64,000 nucleotides of DNA from Eledone cirrhosa (Eukaryota): positions 51,212,001 to 51,276,000 of the forward strand of contig OZ024746.1 of assembly GCA_964016885.1 (NCBI GenBank), read 5' to 3'. Positions 14,596 through 29,355 of the stretch are shown piece after piece. Under the pieces are notes generated by a model. That model worked only from the letters and a program-made list of their open reading frames with translations. It made no database searches and had not been told where the DNA came from. Each line of letters opens with the position of its first letter. Position 1 is the first letter of the stretch. The position numbers and the translations under genes were made by a program.

Positions 14596-14836
14596 GTGGA
14601 TCAACGAGATTGCCACTGTCCCTATCTACTGTCTAGCGAAACCACAGCCAACGGAACGAGCTTGCGTGGATCAACGAGATTGCCACTGTCCCTATCTACT
14701 GTCTAGCCAAACCAAAGCCAAGGGAATGGCCTTGGGTGGATCAACGAGATTGCCACTGTCCCTATCTACTGTCTAGCGAAACCACAGCCAAGGGAACGGG
14801 CGTGGCTGGATCAACGATATTGCCACTGTCCCTATT

Positions 14837-14868
<32 letters not shown>

Positions 14869-16165
14869 AACTTGGACGGATCAACGAGATTGCCACTGTC
14901 CCTATCTTCTGTCTAGCGAAACTACATCCAAAGGAACGAGCTTAGACGGAATAACGAGATTGCCACTGTCCCTATCTACTGTCTAGCGAAACCACAGACA
15001 AGGAAACGAGTTTGTACGGATCAACGAGATTGCCATTGTCCCTATCTACTGTCTAGCCAAACCAAAGACAAGGGAAGGGCCTTGGGTGTATCAACGAGAT
15101 TGCCACTCTCCCTATCAACTGTCTAGCCAAACCAAAGACAAGGGAAGGGCCTTGGGTGGATCAACGAGATTGCCACTCTCCCTATCTACTCTCTAGAGAA
15201 ACCATAGTCAACGGAACGAGCTTGGGTGGATTAACGAGATTGCCACTGTCCCTATCTACTGTCTAGCGAAACCACAGCCAACTGAACGGGCGTGGACGGA
15301 TCAACGAGATTGCCACTGTCCCTATCTACTGTCTAGTCAAACCAAAGCCATGGGAACGGCCTTGGGTGGATCAACGAGATTGCCACTGTACCTATCTACT
15401 GTCTAGTGAAACCACAGCCAAGGAAACGAGCTTGGACGGATCAACGAGATTGCCGCTGTCCCTATCATCTGACTAGCGAAACCACAGCCAAGGGAACGAG
15501 CTTGGACGGATCAGCGAGTTTGCCACTGTCCCTATCTACTGTCTAGCGAAACCACAGCCAAGGGAACGGCTTGGGTCGATTATCGAGATTGCCACTGTCC
15601 CTATCTCCTGTCTAACGAAACCAAAGCCAAGAGAACGAGCTTGAAAAGATTAACGAGATTGCCACTGCCCCTATCTACTGTCTAGCTAAACCACAGCCAA
15701 GGGAACGGGCGTGGCTGGATCAACGAGATTGCCACTGTCCCTCTCTACTGTCTAGCCAAACCAAAGCCAAGGGAACGGCCTTGGGTGGATCAACGAGATT
15801 GCCACTGTCCCTATCTACTGTCTAGCGAAACCACAGCCAGGGGAACGAGCTTGGACGGATCAACGAGATTGCCACTGTTCTTATCTACTGTCTAGAGAAA
15901 CCACAGTCAATGGAACGAGCTTGGATGGATCAACGAGATTGCCACTCTCCTTATCTACTGTCTAGAGAAACCAAAGTCAACGGAACGAGCTTGTGTGGAT
16001 CAACGAGATTGCCACTGTCCCTATCTACTGTCTAGCTAAACCACAGCCAAGGGAACGGGCGTGGCTGGATCAACGATATTGCCGCTGTCGCTATCTACTG
16101 TCTAGCGAAACGACGGCCAAGGGACCGGGCTTGGCTGGATCAATGAGATTGCCAATGTCCCTATT

Positions 16166-16197
<32 letters not shown>

Positions 16198-16800
16198 AAC
16201 TTGGACAGATCAACGAGATTGCCACTGTCCCTATCTACTGTCTAGCGAAACCACAGCCAAGGGAACGAACTTGGACGGATCAACGAGATTGCCACTGTCC
16301 CTATCTACTGTCTAGCGAAACCACAGCCAAGGGAACGAACTTGGACGGATCAACGAGATTGCCACTGTCCCTATCTACTGTCTAGTGAAACTACATCCAA
16401 GGGAACGAGCTTAGACGGAATAACGAGATTGCCACTGTCCATATCTACTGTCTAGCAAAACCACAGACAAGGAAACGAGTTTGGACGGATCAACGAGATT
16501 GCCACTGTCCCTATCTACTGTCTAGCCAAACCAAAGACAAGGGAAGGGTCTTGGGTGGATCAACGAGATTGCCACTGTCCCTATCTACTCTCTAGAGAAA
16601 CCATAGTCAACGGAACGAACTTGGGTGGATCAACGAGATTGCCACTGTCCCTATCTACTGTCTAGCGAAACCACAGCCAACTGAACGGGCGTGGTTGGAT
16701 CAACAAGATTGCCACTGTCCCTATCTGCTGTCTAGCGAATCCACAGCCAAGGGAACGAACCTGGACGGATCAACGAGATTGCCACTGTCCCTATCTACTG

Positions 16801-16834
<34 letters not shown>

Positions 16835-16940
16835 GTGGATCAACGAGATTGCCACTGTCCCTATCTACAGTCTAGTGAAACCACAGCCAAGGGAACGGGC
16901 TTGGGTGGATCAACGAGATTGCCACTGTCCCTACCTACTG

Positions 16941-16974
<34 letters not shown>

Positions 16975-17985
16975 GTGGATCAACGAGATTGCCACTGTCC
17001 CTATCTACTGTCTAGCGAAACCACAGCCAACGGAACGAGCTTGCGTGGATCAACGAGATTGCCACTGTCCCTATCTACTGTCTAGCCAAACCAAAGCCAA
17101 GGGAATGGCCTTGGGTGGATCAACGAGATTGCCACTGTCCCTATCTACTGTCTAGCGAAACCACAGCCAAGGGAACGGGCGTGGCTGGATCAACGATATT
17201 GCCACTGTCCCTATTTACTATCTAGAGAAACCACAGCCAAGGGAACGAACTTGGACGGATCAACGAGATTGCCACTGTCCCTATCTTCTGTCTAGCGAAA
17301 CTACATCCAAGGGAACGAGCTTAGACGGAATAACGAGATTGCCACTGTCCCTATCTACTGTCTAGCGAAACCACAGACAAGGAAACAAGTTTGGACGGAT
17401 CAACGAGATTGCCATTGTCCCTATCTACTGTCTAGCGAATCCACAGCCAAGTGAATGGTCTTGGGTGAATCAACGAGATTGCCACTGTCCCTATCTACAC
17501 TCTAGAGAAACCATAGTCAACGGAACGAGCTTGGGTGGATCAACGAGATTGCCACTGTCCCTATCTACTGTCTAGCGAAACCACAGCCAACTGAACGGGC
17601 GTGGACGGTTCAACGAGATTGCCACTGTCCCTATCTACTGTCTAGCCAAACCAAAGCCAAGGGAACGGCCTTGGGTGGATCAACGAGATTGCCACTGTCC
17701 CTATCTACTGTCTAGCGAAACCACAGCCAAGGGAACGAGCTTGGACGGATCAACGAGATTGCCACTCTCCTTATCTACTGTCTAGAGAAACCACAGTCAA
17801 CGGAACGAGCTTGGGTGGATCAACGAGATTGCCACTGTCCCTATCTACTGTCTAGCGAAACCACAGCCAAGGGAACGGGCGTGGCTGGATCAACGATATT
17901 GCCGCTGTCGCTATCTACTGTCTAACGAAACGACGGCCAAGGGACCGGGCTTGGTTGGATCAATGAGATTGCCAATGTCCCTATT

Positions 17986-18017
<32 letters not shown>

Positions 18018-18620
18018 AACTTGGACAGATCAACGAGATTGCCACTGTCCCTATCTACTGTCTAGCGAAACCACAGCCAAGGGAACGAACTTGGACGGAT
18101 CAACGAGATTGCCACTGTCCCTATCTACTGTCTAGCGAAACCACAGCCAAGGGAACGAACTTGGACGGATCAACGAGATTGCCACTGTCCCTATCTACTG
18201 TCTAGTGAAACTACATCCAAGGGAACGAGCTTAGACGGAATAACGAGATTGCCACTGTCCATATCTACTGTCTAGCAAAACCACAGACAAGGAAACGAGT
18301 TTGGACGGATCAACGAGATTGCCACTGTCCCTATCTACTGTCTAGCCAAACCAAAGACAAGGGAAGGGTCTTGGGTGGATCAACGAGATTGCCACTGTCC
18401 CTATCTACTCTCTAGAGAAACCATAGTCAACGGAACGAACTTGGGTGGATCAACGAGATTGCCACTGTCCCTATCTACTGTCTAGCGAAACCACAGCCAA
18501 CTGAACGGGCGTGGTTGGATCAACAAGATTGCCACTGTCCCTATCTGCTGTCTAGCGAATCCACAGCCAAGGGAACGAACCTGGACGGATCAACGAGATT
18601 GCCACTGTCCCTATCTACTG

Positions 18621-18654
<34 letters not shown>

Positions 18655-18760
18655 GTGGATCAACGAGATTGCCACTGTCCCTATCTACAGTCTAGTGAAA
18701 CCACATCCAAGGGAACGGGCTTGGGTGGATCAACGAGATTGCCACTGTCCCTACCTACTG

Positions 18761-18794
<34 letters not shown>

Positions 18795-20500
18795 GTGGAT
18801 CAACGAGATTGCCACTGTCCCTATCTACTGTCTAGCGAAACCACAGCCAACGGAACGAGCTTGCGTGGATCAACGAGATTGCCACTGTCCCTATCTACTG
18901 TCTAGCCAAACCAAAGCCAAGGGAATGGCCTTGGGTGGATCAACGAGATTGCCACTGTCCCTATCTACTGTCTAGCGAAACCACAGCCAAGGGAACGGGC
19001 GTGGCTGGATCAACGATATTGCCACTGTCCCTATTTACTATCTAGAGAAACCACAGCCAAGGGAACGAACTTGGACGGATCAACGAGATTGCCACTGTCC
19101 CTATCTTCTGTCTAGCGAAACTACATCCAAGGGAACGAGCTTAGACGGAATAACGAGATTGCCACTGTCCCTATCTACTGTCTAGCGAAACCACAGACAA
19201 GGAAACAAGTTTGGACGGATCAACGAGATTGCCATTGTCCCTATCTACTGTCTAGCGAATCCACAGCCAAGTGAATGGTCTTGGTGAATCAACGAGATTG
19301 CCACTGTCCCTATCTACACTCTAGAGAAACCATAGTCAACGGAACGAGCTTGGGTGGATCAACGAGATTGCCACTGTCCCTATCTACTGTCTAGCGAAAC
19401 CACAGCCAACTGAACGGGCGTGGACGGTTCAACGAGATTGCCACTGTCCCTATCTACTGTCTAGCCAAACCAAAGCCAAGGGAACGGCCTTGGGTGGATC
19501 AACGAGATTGCCACTGTCCCTATCTACTGTCTAGCGAAACCACAGCCAAGGGAACGGGCGTGGCTGGATCAACGATATTGCCGCTGTCGCTATCTACTGT
19601 CTAACGAAACGACGGCCAAGGGACCGGGCTTGGCTGGATCAATGAGATTGCCAATGTCCCTATTTACTATCTAGCGAAACCACAGACAAGGGAACGAACT
19701 TGCACGGATCAACGAGATTGCAACTCTCCCTATCTACTGTCTAGCGAAACTACATCCAAGGGAACGAGCTTAGACGGAATAACGAGACTGCCACTGTCCC
19801 TATCTACTGTCTAGCAAAACCACAGACAAGGAAACGAGTTTGGACGGATCAACGAGATTGCCACTGTCCCTATCTACTGTCTAGCGAATCCACAGCCAAG
19901 TGAATGGTCTTGGGTGAATCAACGAGATTGCCACTGTCCCTATCTACTCTCTAGAGAAACCATAGTCAACGGAACGAGCTTGGGTGGATCAACGAGATTG
20001 CCACTGTCCCTATGTACTGTGTAGCGAAACCACTGCCAACTGAACGGGCGTGGCTGGATCAACGAGATTGCAACTGTCCCTATCTACTGTCTAGCTAAAC
20101 CAAAGCCAAGGGAACGGCCTTGGGTGGATCAACGAGATTGCCACTGTCCCTATCTACTGTCTAGCGAAACCACAGCCAAGGGAACGAGCTTGAATGTATC
20201 AACGAGATTGCCACTGTCCCTATCTACTGTCTAGTGAAACCACAGCCAAGGAAACGAGCTTGGACGGATCAATTAGATTGCCGCTGTCCCTATCATCTGT
20301 CTAGCGAAACCACAGCCAAGGGAACGAGCTTGGACGGATCAGCGAGATTGCCACTGTCCCTATCTACTGTCTAGCGAAACCACAGCCAAGGGAACGGCTT
20401 GGGTGGATCATCGAGATTGCCACTGTCCTTATCTCCTGTCTAGCGAAACCAAAGCCAAGAGAACGAGCTTGAAAAGATTAACGAGATTGCCACTGTCCCT
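11060..20500 (+). repeat. Variable-length higher-order repeat domain (units of 18-34 monomers)
   Basis: Marker monomer aacgacggccaagggaccgg starts at 11141, 12401, 13730, 16109, 17929 and 19608 (spacings 1260, 1329, 2379, 1820, 1679). Confidence 0.88.
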
Positions 20501-22115
20501 ATCTACTGTCTAGCTAAACCACAGCCAAGTAAACGAGCTTGGACGGATCAACGAGATTGCCACTGACCCTATCGACTGTCTAGCGAAATCACAGCCAAGG
20601 GAACGAGCTTGGACGGATCAACGAGATTGCCACTGTCCATATCTATGTCTAGCGAAATCACAGCCAAGGGAACGAGTTTGGACTGATCAACGAGATTGCC
20701 ACTGTCCTTATCTACTCTCTGTCGAAACCACAGTCAAGGGAACGAGCTTGGGTGGATCAACAAGATTGCCACTGTGCCTATCTCCTGTCTAGCAAAACCA
20801 CAGCCAAGGGAACAGGCTTGACTGGATCAACGAGATTGCCACTGTCGCTATCTACTCTCTAGCGAAACCACAGCCAAGGGAACGGGCATGACTGGATCAA
20901 TGAGATTGCCACTGTCCCTATCTACTGTCTAGCGAAACCACAGCCAAGGGAACGAGCTTGGACGGATCAGCGAGATTGCCACTGTCCCTATCTATTGTCT
21001 AGCCAAACCACAGGCAAGGGGACGGCTTGGGTAGATCAACGAGATTGCCATTGCTCCTATCTACTGACTAGCGAAACTACAGCCAAGGGAACGAGCTTGG
21101 ACGGATCAACGAGATTGCCACTGTCCCTATCTACTGTCTAGCGAAACCACAGCCAAGTGAACGAGCTTGGACGGATCAACGAGATTGCCATTGCCCCTAT
21201 CTACTGACTAGCGAAACTACAGGCAAGGGAATGGGCTTGGCTGGATCAACGAGATTGCCACTTTCCCTACCTACTGTCTAGCGAAACCACAGCCAAAGGA
21301 ACATGCTTGGACGGATCAAGGAGATTGCCACTGTCCATATCTACTATCTGGCGAAACCACAGCCAAGTGAACGAGCTTGGACGGATCAACGAGATTGCCA
21401 CTGTCCTTATTTACTGTCTACCGAGACCACAGCCAAGGGAACGGGATGGACGGATCAACGAGGTTACCATTGTCCCTATCTACTGTCTAGCGAAACCACA
21501 GCCAAGGAAACGAGCTTGGAGGGATCAACGAGATGGCCAGTGTCGCTACCTACTGTCTCGCGAAACCACAGCCAAGGTAACAGGCTTGGGTGGATTAACG
21601 AGATCGCTACTCTCCCTATCTACTGTCTAGCGAAACCACAGCCAAGGGAACGAGCTTGGACGGATCAACGAGTTTCCCACTGTCCCTATCTACTGTCTAG
21701 CGAAACCACAGCCAATGAAACGAGTTTGGACGGATCAACGAGATTGCGATTGTCGCTATCTGCTGTCTAGCGAAAAAAAAAGCCAAGGGAACGAGCTTGG
21801 ACGGATCAACGAGTTTGCCAATGTACCTATCTACTGTCTAGTGAAACCACAGCCAAGGGAACGGGCTTGGATGTATCAACGTGATTGCCACTGTCCCTAT
21901 CTACTGTCTAGTGAAACCAAAGCCAAGGGAACGGGCTTGGGTGGATCAACGAGATTGCCATTGTCCCTACCTACTGTCTAGCGAAACCACAGCCAAGAGG
22001 ACGGTTTTGGGTGGATCAACGAGATTGCCACTGTCCCTATTTACTCTCTAGCAAACCACAGCCAAGGGACCGGGATTGGGTGGATCAACAAGATTGCCAC
22101 TGTCCCTATCTACTG

Positions 22116-22147
<32 letters not shown>

Positions 22148-22604
22148 CGACCGATCAACGAGATTCCCACTGTCCCTATCTACTGTCTAGTGAAACCACA
22201 GCCAAGGGAACGGGCTTGAGTGTATCAACGAGATTGCGACTGTCCCTATCTTCTGTCTAGCGAAACCACAGCCAAGGGAACGAGCTTGGACGGATCAACG
22301 AGATTGCCCCTGTCCCTATCTACTGTCTAGTGAAACCACAGCCAAGAGAACGGGCTTGGGTGGATCAACGAGATTGCCACTGCCCTATCTACTGTCTAGG
22401 GAAACCACAGCCAAGGGAACCGGCTTGGGTGGATCAACGAGATTGCAACAGTCCCTATCTACCACCTATCGAAACCACAGCCAAGGGAACGGGCTTGGGT
22501 CGATCAACGAGATTGCCACTGTCCCTATCTACTGTCTAGCGAAACTACAGCCAAGGGAACGGGCTTGGGTGGATCAACGAGATTGCGATTGCCCCTATCT
22601 GCTG

Positions 22605-22638
<34 letters not shown>

Positions 22639-22674
22639 GTGGATCAACGAGATTGCCACAGTCCCTACCTACTG

Positions 22675-22708
<34 letters not shown>

Positions 22709-22884
22709 GTGGATCAACGAGATTGCCACTCTCCCTATCTACTGTCTCGCGAAACCACAGCCAAGGGTACGGGCTTGGGTGGATCATCGAGATTGCCACT
22801 GTCCCTATCTTCTGTCTAGCGAAACTACAGCCAAGGGAACGGACTTGGGTGGATCAACGAGATTCCCACTGTCCCTATCTACTG

Positions 22885-22918
<34 letters not shown>

Positions 22919-23509
22919 GTGGATCATCGAGATTGCCACTGTCCCTATCTTCTGTCTAGCGAAACTACAGCCAAGGGAACGGGCTTGGACGGTTCAACGA
23001 GGTTGCCACTGTCCCTATCTACGGTCTAGCAAAGCAACAGACAAGGCAACGAGCTTGGACGGACCAACGAGTTTGCCACTGTCCCTATCTACTGTCTCGC
23101 GAAACCACAGCCAAGGTAACGGGCTTGGGTGGATCAACGAGATTGCCACTGTCGCTATCTACTGTCTAGTGAAACCACAGCCAAGGGAACGGACTTGGGT
23201 GGATCAACGAGATTGCCACTGTCCCTATCTACTGTCTAGTGAAACCACAGCCAAGGTAACGGGCTTGGGTGGATCAACGAGATTGCCACTGTCCCTATCT
23301 ACACTCTAGCGAAACCACAGCCAAGGGAACGGACTTGGGTGGATCAACGAGATTGCCACTGTCCTTATCTACTGTCTAGCTAAACCACAGCCAAGAGAAC
23401 GAGCTTGGGCGGATCAACGAACTTGCCACTTTCCCTATCTACTGTCTAGCCAAACCACAGACGAGGGAACGGGCTTGGACGGATCAACCAGATTACCACT
23501 GTCCATATC

Positions 23510-26500
23510 TACTGTCTAGCGAAACCACAGCCAAGGGAACGAGCTTGGACGGATCAACGAGATTGCCACTGTCGCTATCTACTGTCTCGCGAAACCACAG
23601 CCAAGGTAACGGGCTTGGGTGGATCAACGAGATTGCCACTGTCCCTACCTACTGTCTAGCAAAACCACAGCCAAGGGAACGGACTTGGGTGGATCAACGA
23701 GACTGCCACTGTCCCTATCTACTGTCTAGCGAATCCACAGCCAAGGGAACGGACTTGGGTGGATCAACGAGATTGCCACTGTCCCTATCTACTGTCTAGC
23801 TAAACGACAGCCAAGGGAACGGGCTTGGGTGGATCAACGAGATTGCCACTGTCACTATCTGCTGTCTAGCGAAACCTTACCAAGGTAACGGGCCTGGATG
23901 GATCAACGAGATTGACACTGTCGCTATCTACTGTCTAGAGAAACCTCAGCCAAGGGAACCGGCTCGGACGGATCAACCAGATTACCACTGTCCCTATCTA
24001 CTGTCTAGCGAAACCAAAGACAAGGGAACGAGCTTGGACGGATCAACGAGATTGCCACTGTCCCTATCTACTGTCTATCGAAAAAACAGCCAAGGGAACG
24101 GGCTTATGTGTATCAACGAAATTACCACTTTCCCTATCTACTCTCTAGCCAAACCACAGACGAGGGAAGGGGCTTGGGTGGATCAACGAGATTGCCACTG
24201 TCACTATCTACTGTCTGGCGAAACCACAGCCAAGGTAACGGGCTTGGGTGGATCAACGAGATTGCCACTGTCCCTATCTACTGTCTAGCGAAACCACAGC
24301 CAAGGGAACGAGCTTGGACGGATCAACGAGATTGCAACTGTTCCTATCTACTGTCTAGCGAAACCACAGCCAAGGGAACGAGCTTGGACGGATCAACGAG
24401 ATTGCCACTGTCGCTATCTACTGTCTCGCGAAACCACAGCCAAGGTAACGGGCTTGGGTGGATCAACGAGATTGACACTGTCCCTATCTACTGTCTAGCG
24501 AAACCACAGCCAAGGGAACGAGCTTGGACGGATCAACGAGATTGCCACTGTCCCTATCTACTGTCTATCGAAAAAACAGCCAAGGGAACGGGCTTATGTG
24601 TATCAACGAAATTACCACTTTCCCTATCTACTGTCTAGCCAAACCACAGACGAGGGAAGCGGCTTGGGTGGATCAACGAGTTTGCCACTGTCGCTATCTA
24701 CTGTCTCGCGAAACCACAGCCAAGGTAACGGGCTTGGGTGGATCAACGAGATTGCCACTGTCCCTATCTACTGTCTAGCGAAACCACAGCCAAGGGAACG
24801 AGCTTGGACGGATCAACGAGATTGCCACTGTTCCTCTCTAGTGTCTAGCGAAACCACAGCCAAGGGAACGAGCTTGGACGGATCAACGAGATTCCCACTG
24901 TCCCTATCTACTGTTTAGCGAAACCACAGCCAAGGAAACCGGCTTGTACGGATCAACGAGTTTCTCACTATCCCTATCTACTGTCTAGCGAAACCACAGC
25001 CAAGGGAACGAGCTTGGACGGATCATCGAGATTGCCACTGTAGCTCTCTACTGTCTATCGAAAAAACAGCCAAGGGAACGGGCTTATGTGAATCAATGAG
25101 ATTGCCACTGTCCTTATATACTGTCTACCGAAACCGCAGCCAAGGGAACGGGCTTGGGTGGATCATCGAGATTGCCACTGTCCCTATCTTCTGTCTAGCG
25201 AAACCACAGCCAAGGGAACGAGCTTGGACGGATCAACGAGATTGCCACTGTCGCTATCTACTGTCTCGCGAAACCACAGCCAAGGTAACGGGCTTGGGTG
25301 GATCAACGAGATTGCCACTGTCCCTACCTACTGTCTAGCAAAACCACAGCCAAGGGAACGGACTTGGGTGGATCAACGAGACTGCCACTGTCCCTATCTA
25401 CTGTCTAGCGAAACCACAGCCAAGGGAACGGACTTGGGTGGATCAACGAGATTGCCACTGTCCCTATCTACTGTCTAGCTAAACGACAGCCAAGGGAACG
25501 GGCTTGGGTGGATCAACGAGATTGCCACTGTCACTATCTGCTGTCTAGCGAAACCTTACCAAGGTAACGGGCCTGGATGGATCAACGAGATTGACACTGT
25601 CGCTATCTACTGTCTAGAGAAACCTCAGCCAAGGGAACCGGCTCGGACGGATCAACCAGATTACCACTGTCCCTATCTACTGTCTAGCGAAACCAAAGAC
25701 AAGGGAACGAGCTTGGACGGATCAACGAGATTGCCACTGTCCCTATCTACTGTCTATCGAAAAAACAGCCAAGGGAACGGGCTTATGTGTATCAACGAAA
25801 TTACCACTTTCCCTATCTACTCTCTAGCCAAACCACAGACGAGGGAAGGGGCTTGGGTGGATCAACGAGATTGCCACTGTCACTATCTACTGTCTGGCGA
25901 AACCACAGCCAAGGTAACGGGCTTGGGTGGATCAACGAGATTGCCACTGTCCCTATCTACTGTCTAGCGAAACCACAGCCAAGGGAACGAGCTTGGACGG
26001 ATCAACGAGATTGCAACTGTTCCTATCTACTGTCTAGCGAAACCACAGCCAAGGGAACGAGCTTGGACGGATCAACGAGATTGCCACTGTCGCTATCTAC
26101 TGTCTCGCGAAACCACAGCCAAGGTAACGGGCTTGGGTGGATCAACGAGATTGACACTGTCCCTATCTACTGTCTAGCGAAACCACAGCCAAGGGAACGA
26201 GCTTGGACGGATCAACGAGATTGCCACTGTCCCTATCTACTGTCTATCGAAAAAACAGCCAAGGGAACGGGCTTATGTGTATCAACGAAATTACCACTTT
26301 CCCTATCTACTGTCTAGCCAAACCACAGACGAGGGAAGCGGCTTGGGTGGATCAACGAGTTTGCCACTGTCGCTATCTACTGTCTCGCGAAACCACAGCC
26401 AAGGTAACGGGCTTGGGTGGATCAACGAGATTGCCACTGTCCCTATCTACTGTCTAGCGAAACCACAGCCAAGGGAACGAGCTTGGACGGATCAACGAGA

Positions 26501-26910
26501 TTGCCACTGTTCCTCTCTAGTGTCTAGCGAAACCACAGCCAAGGGAACGAGCTTGGACGGATCAACGAGATTCCCACTGTCCCTATCTACTGTTTAGCGA
26601 AACCACAGCCAAGGAAACCGGCTTGTACGGATCAACGAGTTTCTCACTATCCCTATCTACTGTCTAGCGAAACCACAGCCAAGGGAACGAGCTTGGACGG
26701 ATCATCGAGATTGCCACTGTAGCTCTCTACTGTCTATCGAAAAAACAGCCAAGGGAACGGGCTTATGTGAATCAATGAGATTGCCACTGTCCTTATATAC
26801 TGTCTACCGAAACCGCAGCCAAGGGAACGGGCTTGGGTGGATCATCGAGATTGCCACTGTCCCTATCTTCTGTCTAGCGAAACCACAGCCAAGGGAACGA
26901 GCTTGGACGG
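23510..26910 (+). repeat. Higher-order tandem duplication, unit 1679 bp (24 monomers) with an older internal 490-bp (7-mer) period
   Basis: ORF pairs 24034/25713, 24108/25787, 24524/26203 and 24598/26277 are all offset by 1679. The 24034/24524 pair is offset by 490. Confidence 0.9.
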
Positions 26911-29321
26911 ACCAACGAGTTTGCCACTGTCCCTATCTACTGTCTAGCGAAACTACAGCCAATGGAACGAGCATGGACGGATCAACGAGATTGCCACTGT
27001 CGCTATCTACTGTCTCGCGAAACCACAGCCAAGGTAACGGGCTTGGGTGGATCAACGAGATTGCCACTGTCCCTATCTACACTCTAGCGAAACCACAGCC
27101 AAGGGAACGAACTTGGGTGGATCAACGAGATTGCCACTGTCCTTATCTACTGTCTAGCTAAACCACAGCCAAGAGAACGAGCTTGGGCGGATCAACGAAC
27201 TTGCCACTTTCCCTATCTACTGTCTAGCCAAACCACAGACGAGGGAACGGGCTTGGTTAGATCAACGAGATTGCCACTGTCCCTATCTACCGTCTAGCGA
27301 AACCACAGCCAAGGGAACCGGCTTGGACGGATCAACAAGATTACCACTGTCCCTATCTACTGTCTAGCGAAACCACAGCCAAGGGAACGAGCTTGTACGG
27401 ATCAACGAGATTACCACTGTCGCTATCTACTGTCTCGCGAAACCACAGCCAAGGTAACGGGCTTGGGTGGATCAACGAGATTGCCACTGTCCCTATCTAC
27501 TGTCTAGCGAAACCACAGCCAAGGGAACGAGCTTGTACGGATCAACGAGATTACCACTGTCCCTACCTACTGTCTAGCAAAACCACAGCCAAGGGAACGG
27601 ACTTGGGTGGATCAACGAGATTGCCACTGTCCCTATCTACTGTCTAGCTAAACCACAGCCAAGGGAACGGGCTTGGGTGGATCAACGAGATTGCCACTTT
27701 CACTATCTGCTGTCTAGCGAAACCTTACCAAGGTAACGGGCCTGGATGGATCAACGAGATTGACACTGTCGCTATCTACTGTCTAGAGAAACCACAGCCA
27801 AGGGAACGGGCTTGGACCGATCAACGAGATTCCCACTGTCCCTATCTACTGTCTAGCGAAACCTCAGCCAAGGGAACCGGCTCGGACGGATCAACCAGAT
27901 TACCACTGTCCCTATGTACTGTCTAGAGAAACCAAAGCCAAGGGAACGAGCTTGGACGGATCAACGAGATTGCCACTGTCGCTATCTACTGTCTCGCGAA
28001 ACCACAGCCATGGTAACGGGCTTGTGTGGATCAACGAGATTGCCACTGTCCCTATTTACTGTCTAGCGAAACCACAGCCAAGGGAACGAGCTTGGACGGA
28101 TCAACGAGATTGCCACTGTCGCTATCTACTGTCTATCGAAAAAACAACCAAGGGAACGGCTTATGTGTATCAACGAAATTACCACTTTCCCTATCTACTG
28201 TCTAGCCAAACCACAGACGAGGGAAGGGGCTTGGGTGGATCAACGAGATTGCCACTGTCGCTATCTACTGTCTCGCGAAACCACAGCCAAGGTAACGGGC
28301 TTGGGTGGATCAACGAGATTGCCACTGTCCCTATCTACTGTCTAGCGAAACCACAGTCAAGGGAACGAGCTTGGACGGATCAACGAGATTGCCACTGTCC
28401 ATATCTACTGTCTAGCGAAACCACAGCCAAGGGAACGAGCTTGGACGGATCAACGAGATTCCCACTGTCCCTATCTACTGTTTAGCTAAACCACAGCCAA
28501 GGAAACCGGCTTGTACGGATCAACGAGTTTCTCACTGTCCCTATCTGCTGTCTAGCGAAACCACAGCCAAGGGAACGAGCTTGGACGGATCATCGAGATT
28601 GCCACTGTCGCTATCTACTGTCTATCGAAAAAACAGCCAAGGGAACGGGCTTATGTCTATCAATGAGATTGCCACTGTCCTTATATACTGTCTACCGAAA
28701 CCGCAGCCAAGGGAACGGGCTTGGGTGGATCATCGAGATTGCCACTGTCCCTATCTTCTGTCTAGCGAAACCACAGCCAAGAGAACGGGTTTGGGCGGAT
28801 CAACGAGACTGCCACTTTCCCTATCTACTGTCTAGCGAAACTACAGCCAAGGGAACGGGCTTGGACGGTTCAACGAGATTGCCACTGTCCCTATCTACGG
28901 TCTAGCAAAGCAACAGACAAGGGAACGAGCTTGGACAGATGAACGAGATTGAGATTGTCCCTATCTGCTGTCTAGCGAAACCACAGCCAAGGGAACGAGC
29001 TTGGACGGACCAACGAGTTTGCCACTGTCCCTATCTGCTGTCTAGTGAAACCAGAGCCAAGAGAACGGGCTTGGGTGGATCAACGAGATTGCCACTTTCC
29101 CTACCTACTGTCTAGAGAAACCAAAGCCAAGGGAACAGGCTTGGGTGGATCAACGAGTTTTCCACTGACCCTATCTACTGTCTAGCGAAACCACAGCCAA
29201 GGGAACGGACTTGGGTGGATCAACGAGTTTGCCACTGTCCCTATCTACTGTCTAGTCAAACCACAGACGAGGGAACGGGCCTTGGGTGGATCAACGAGAT
29301 TGCCACTGTCCCTATCTACTG

Positions 29322-29355
<34 letters not shown>

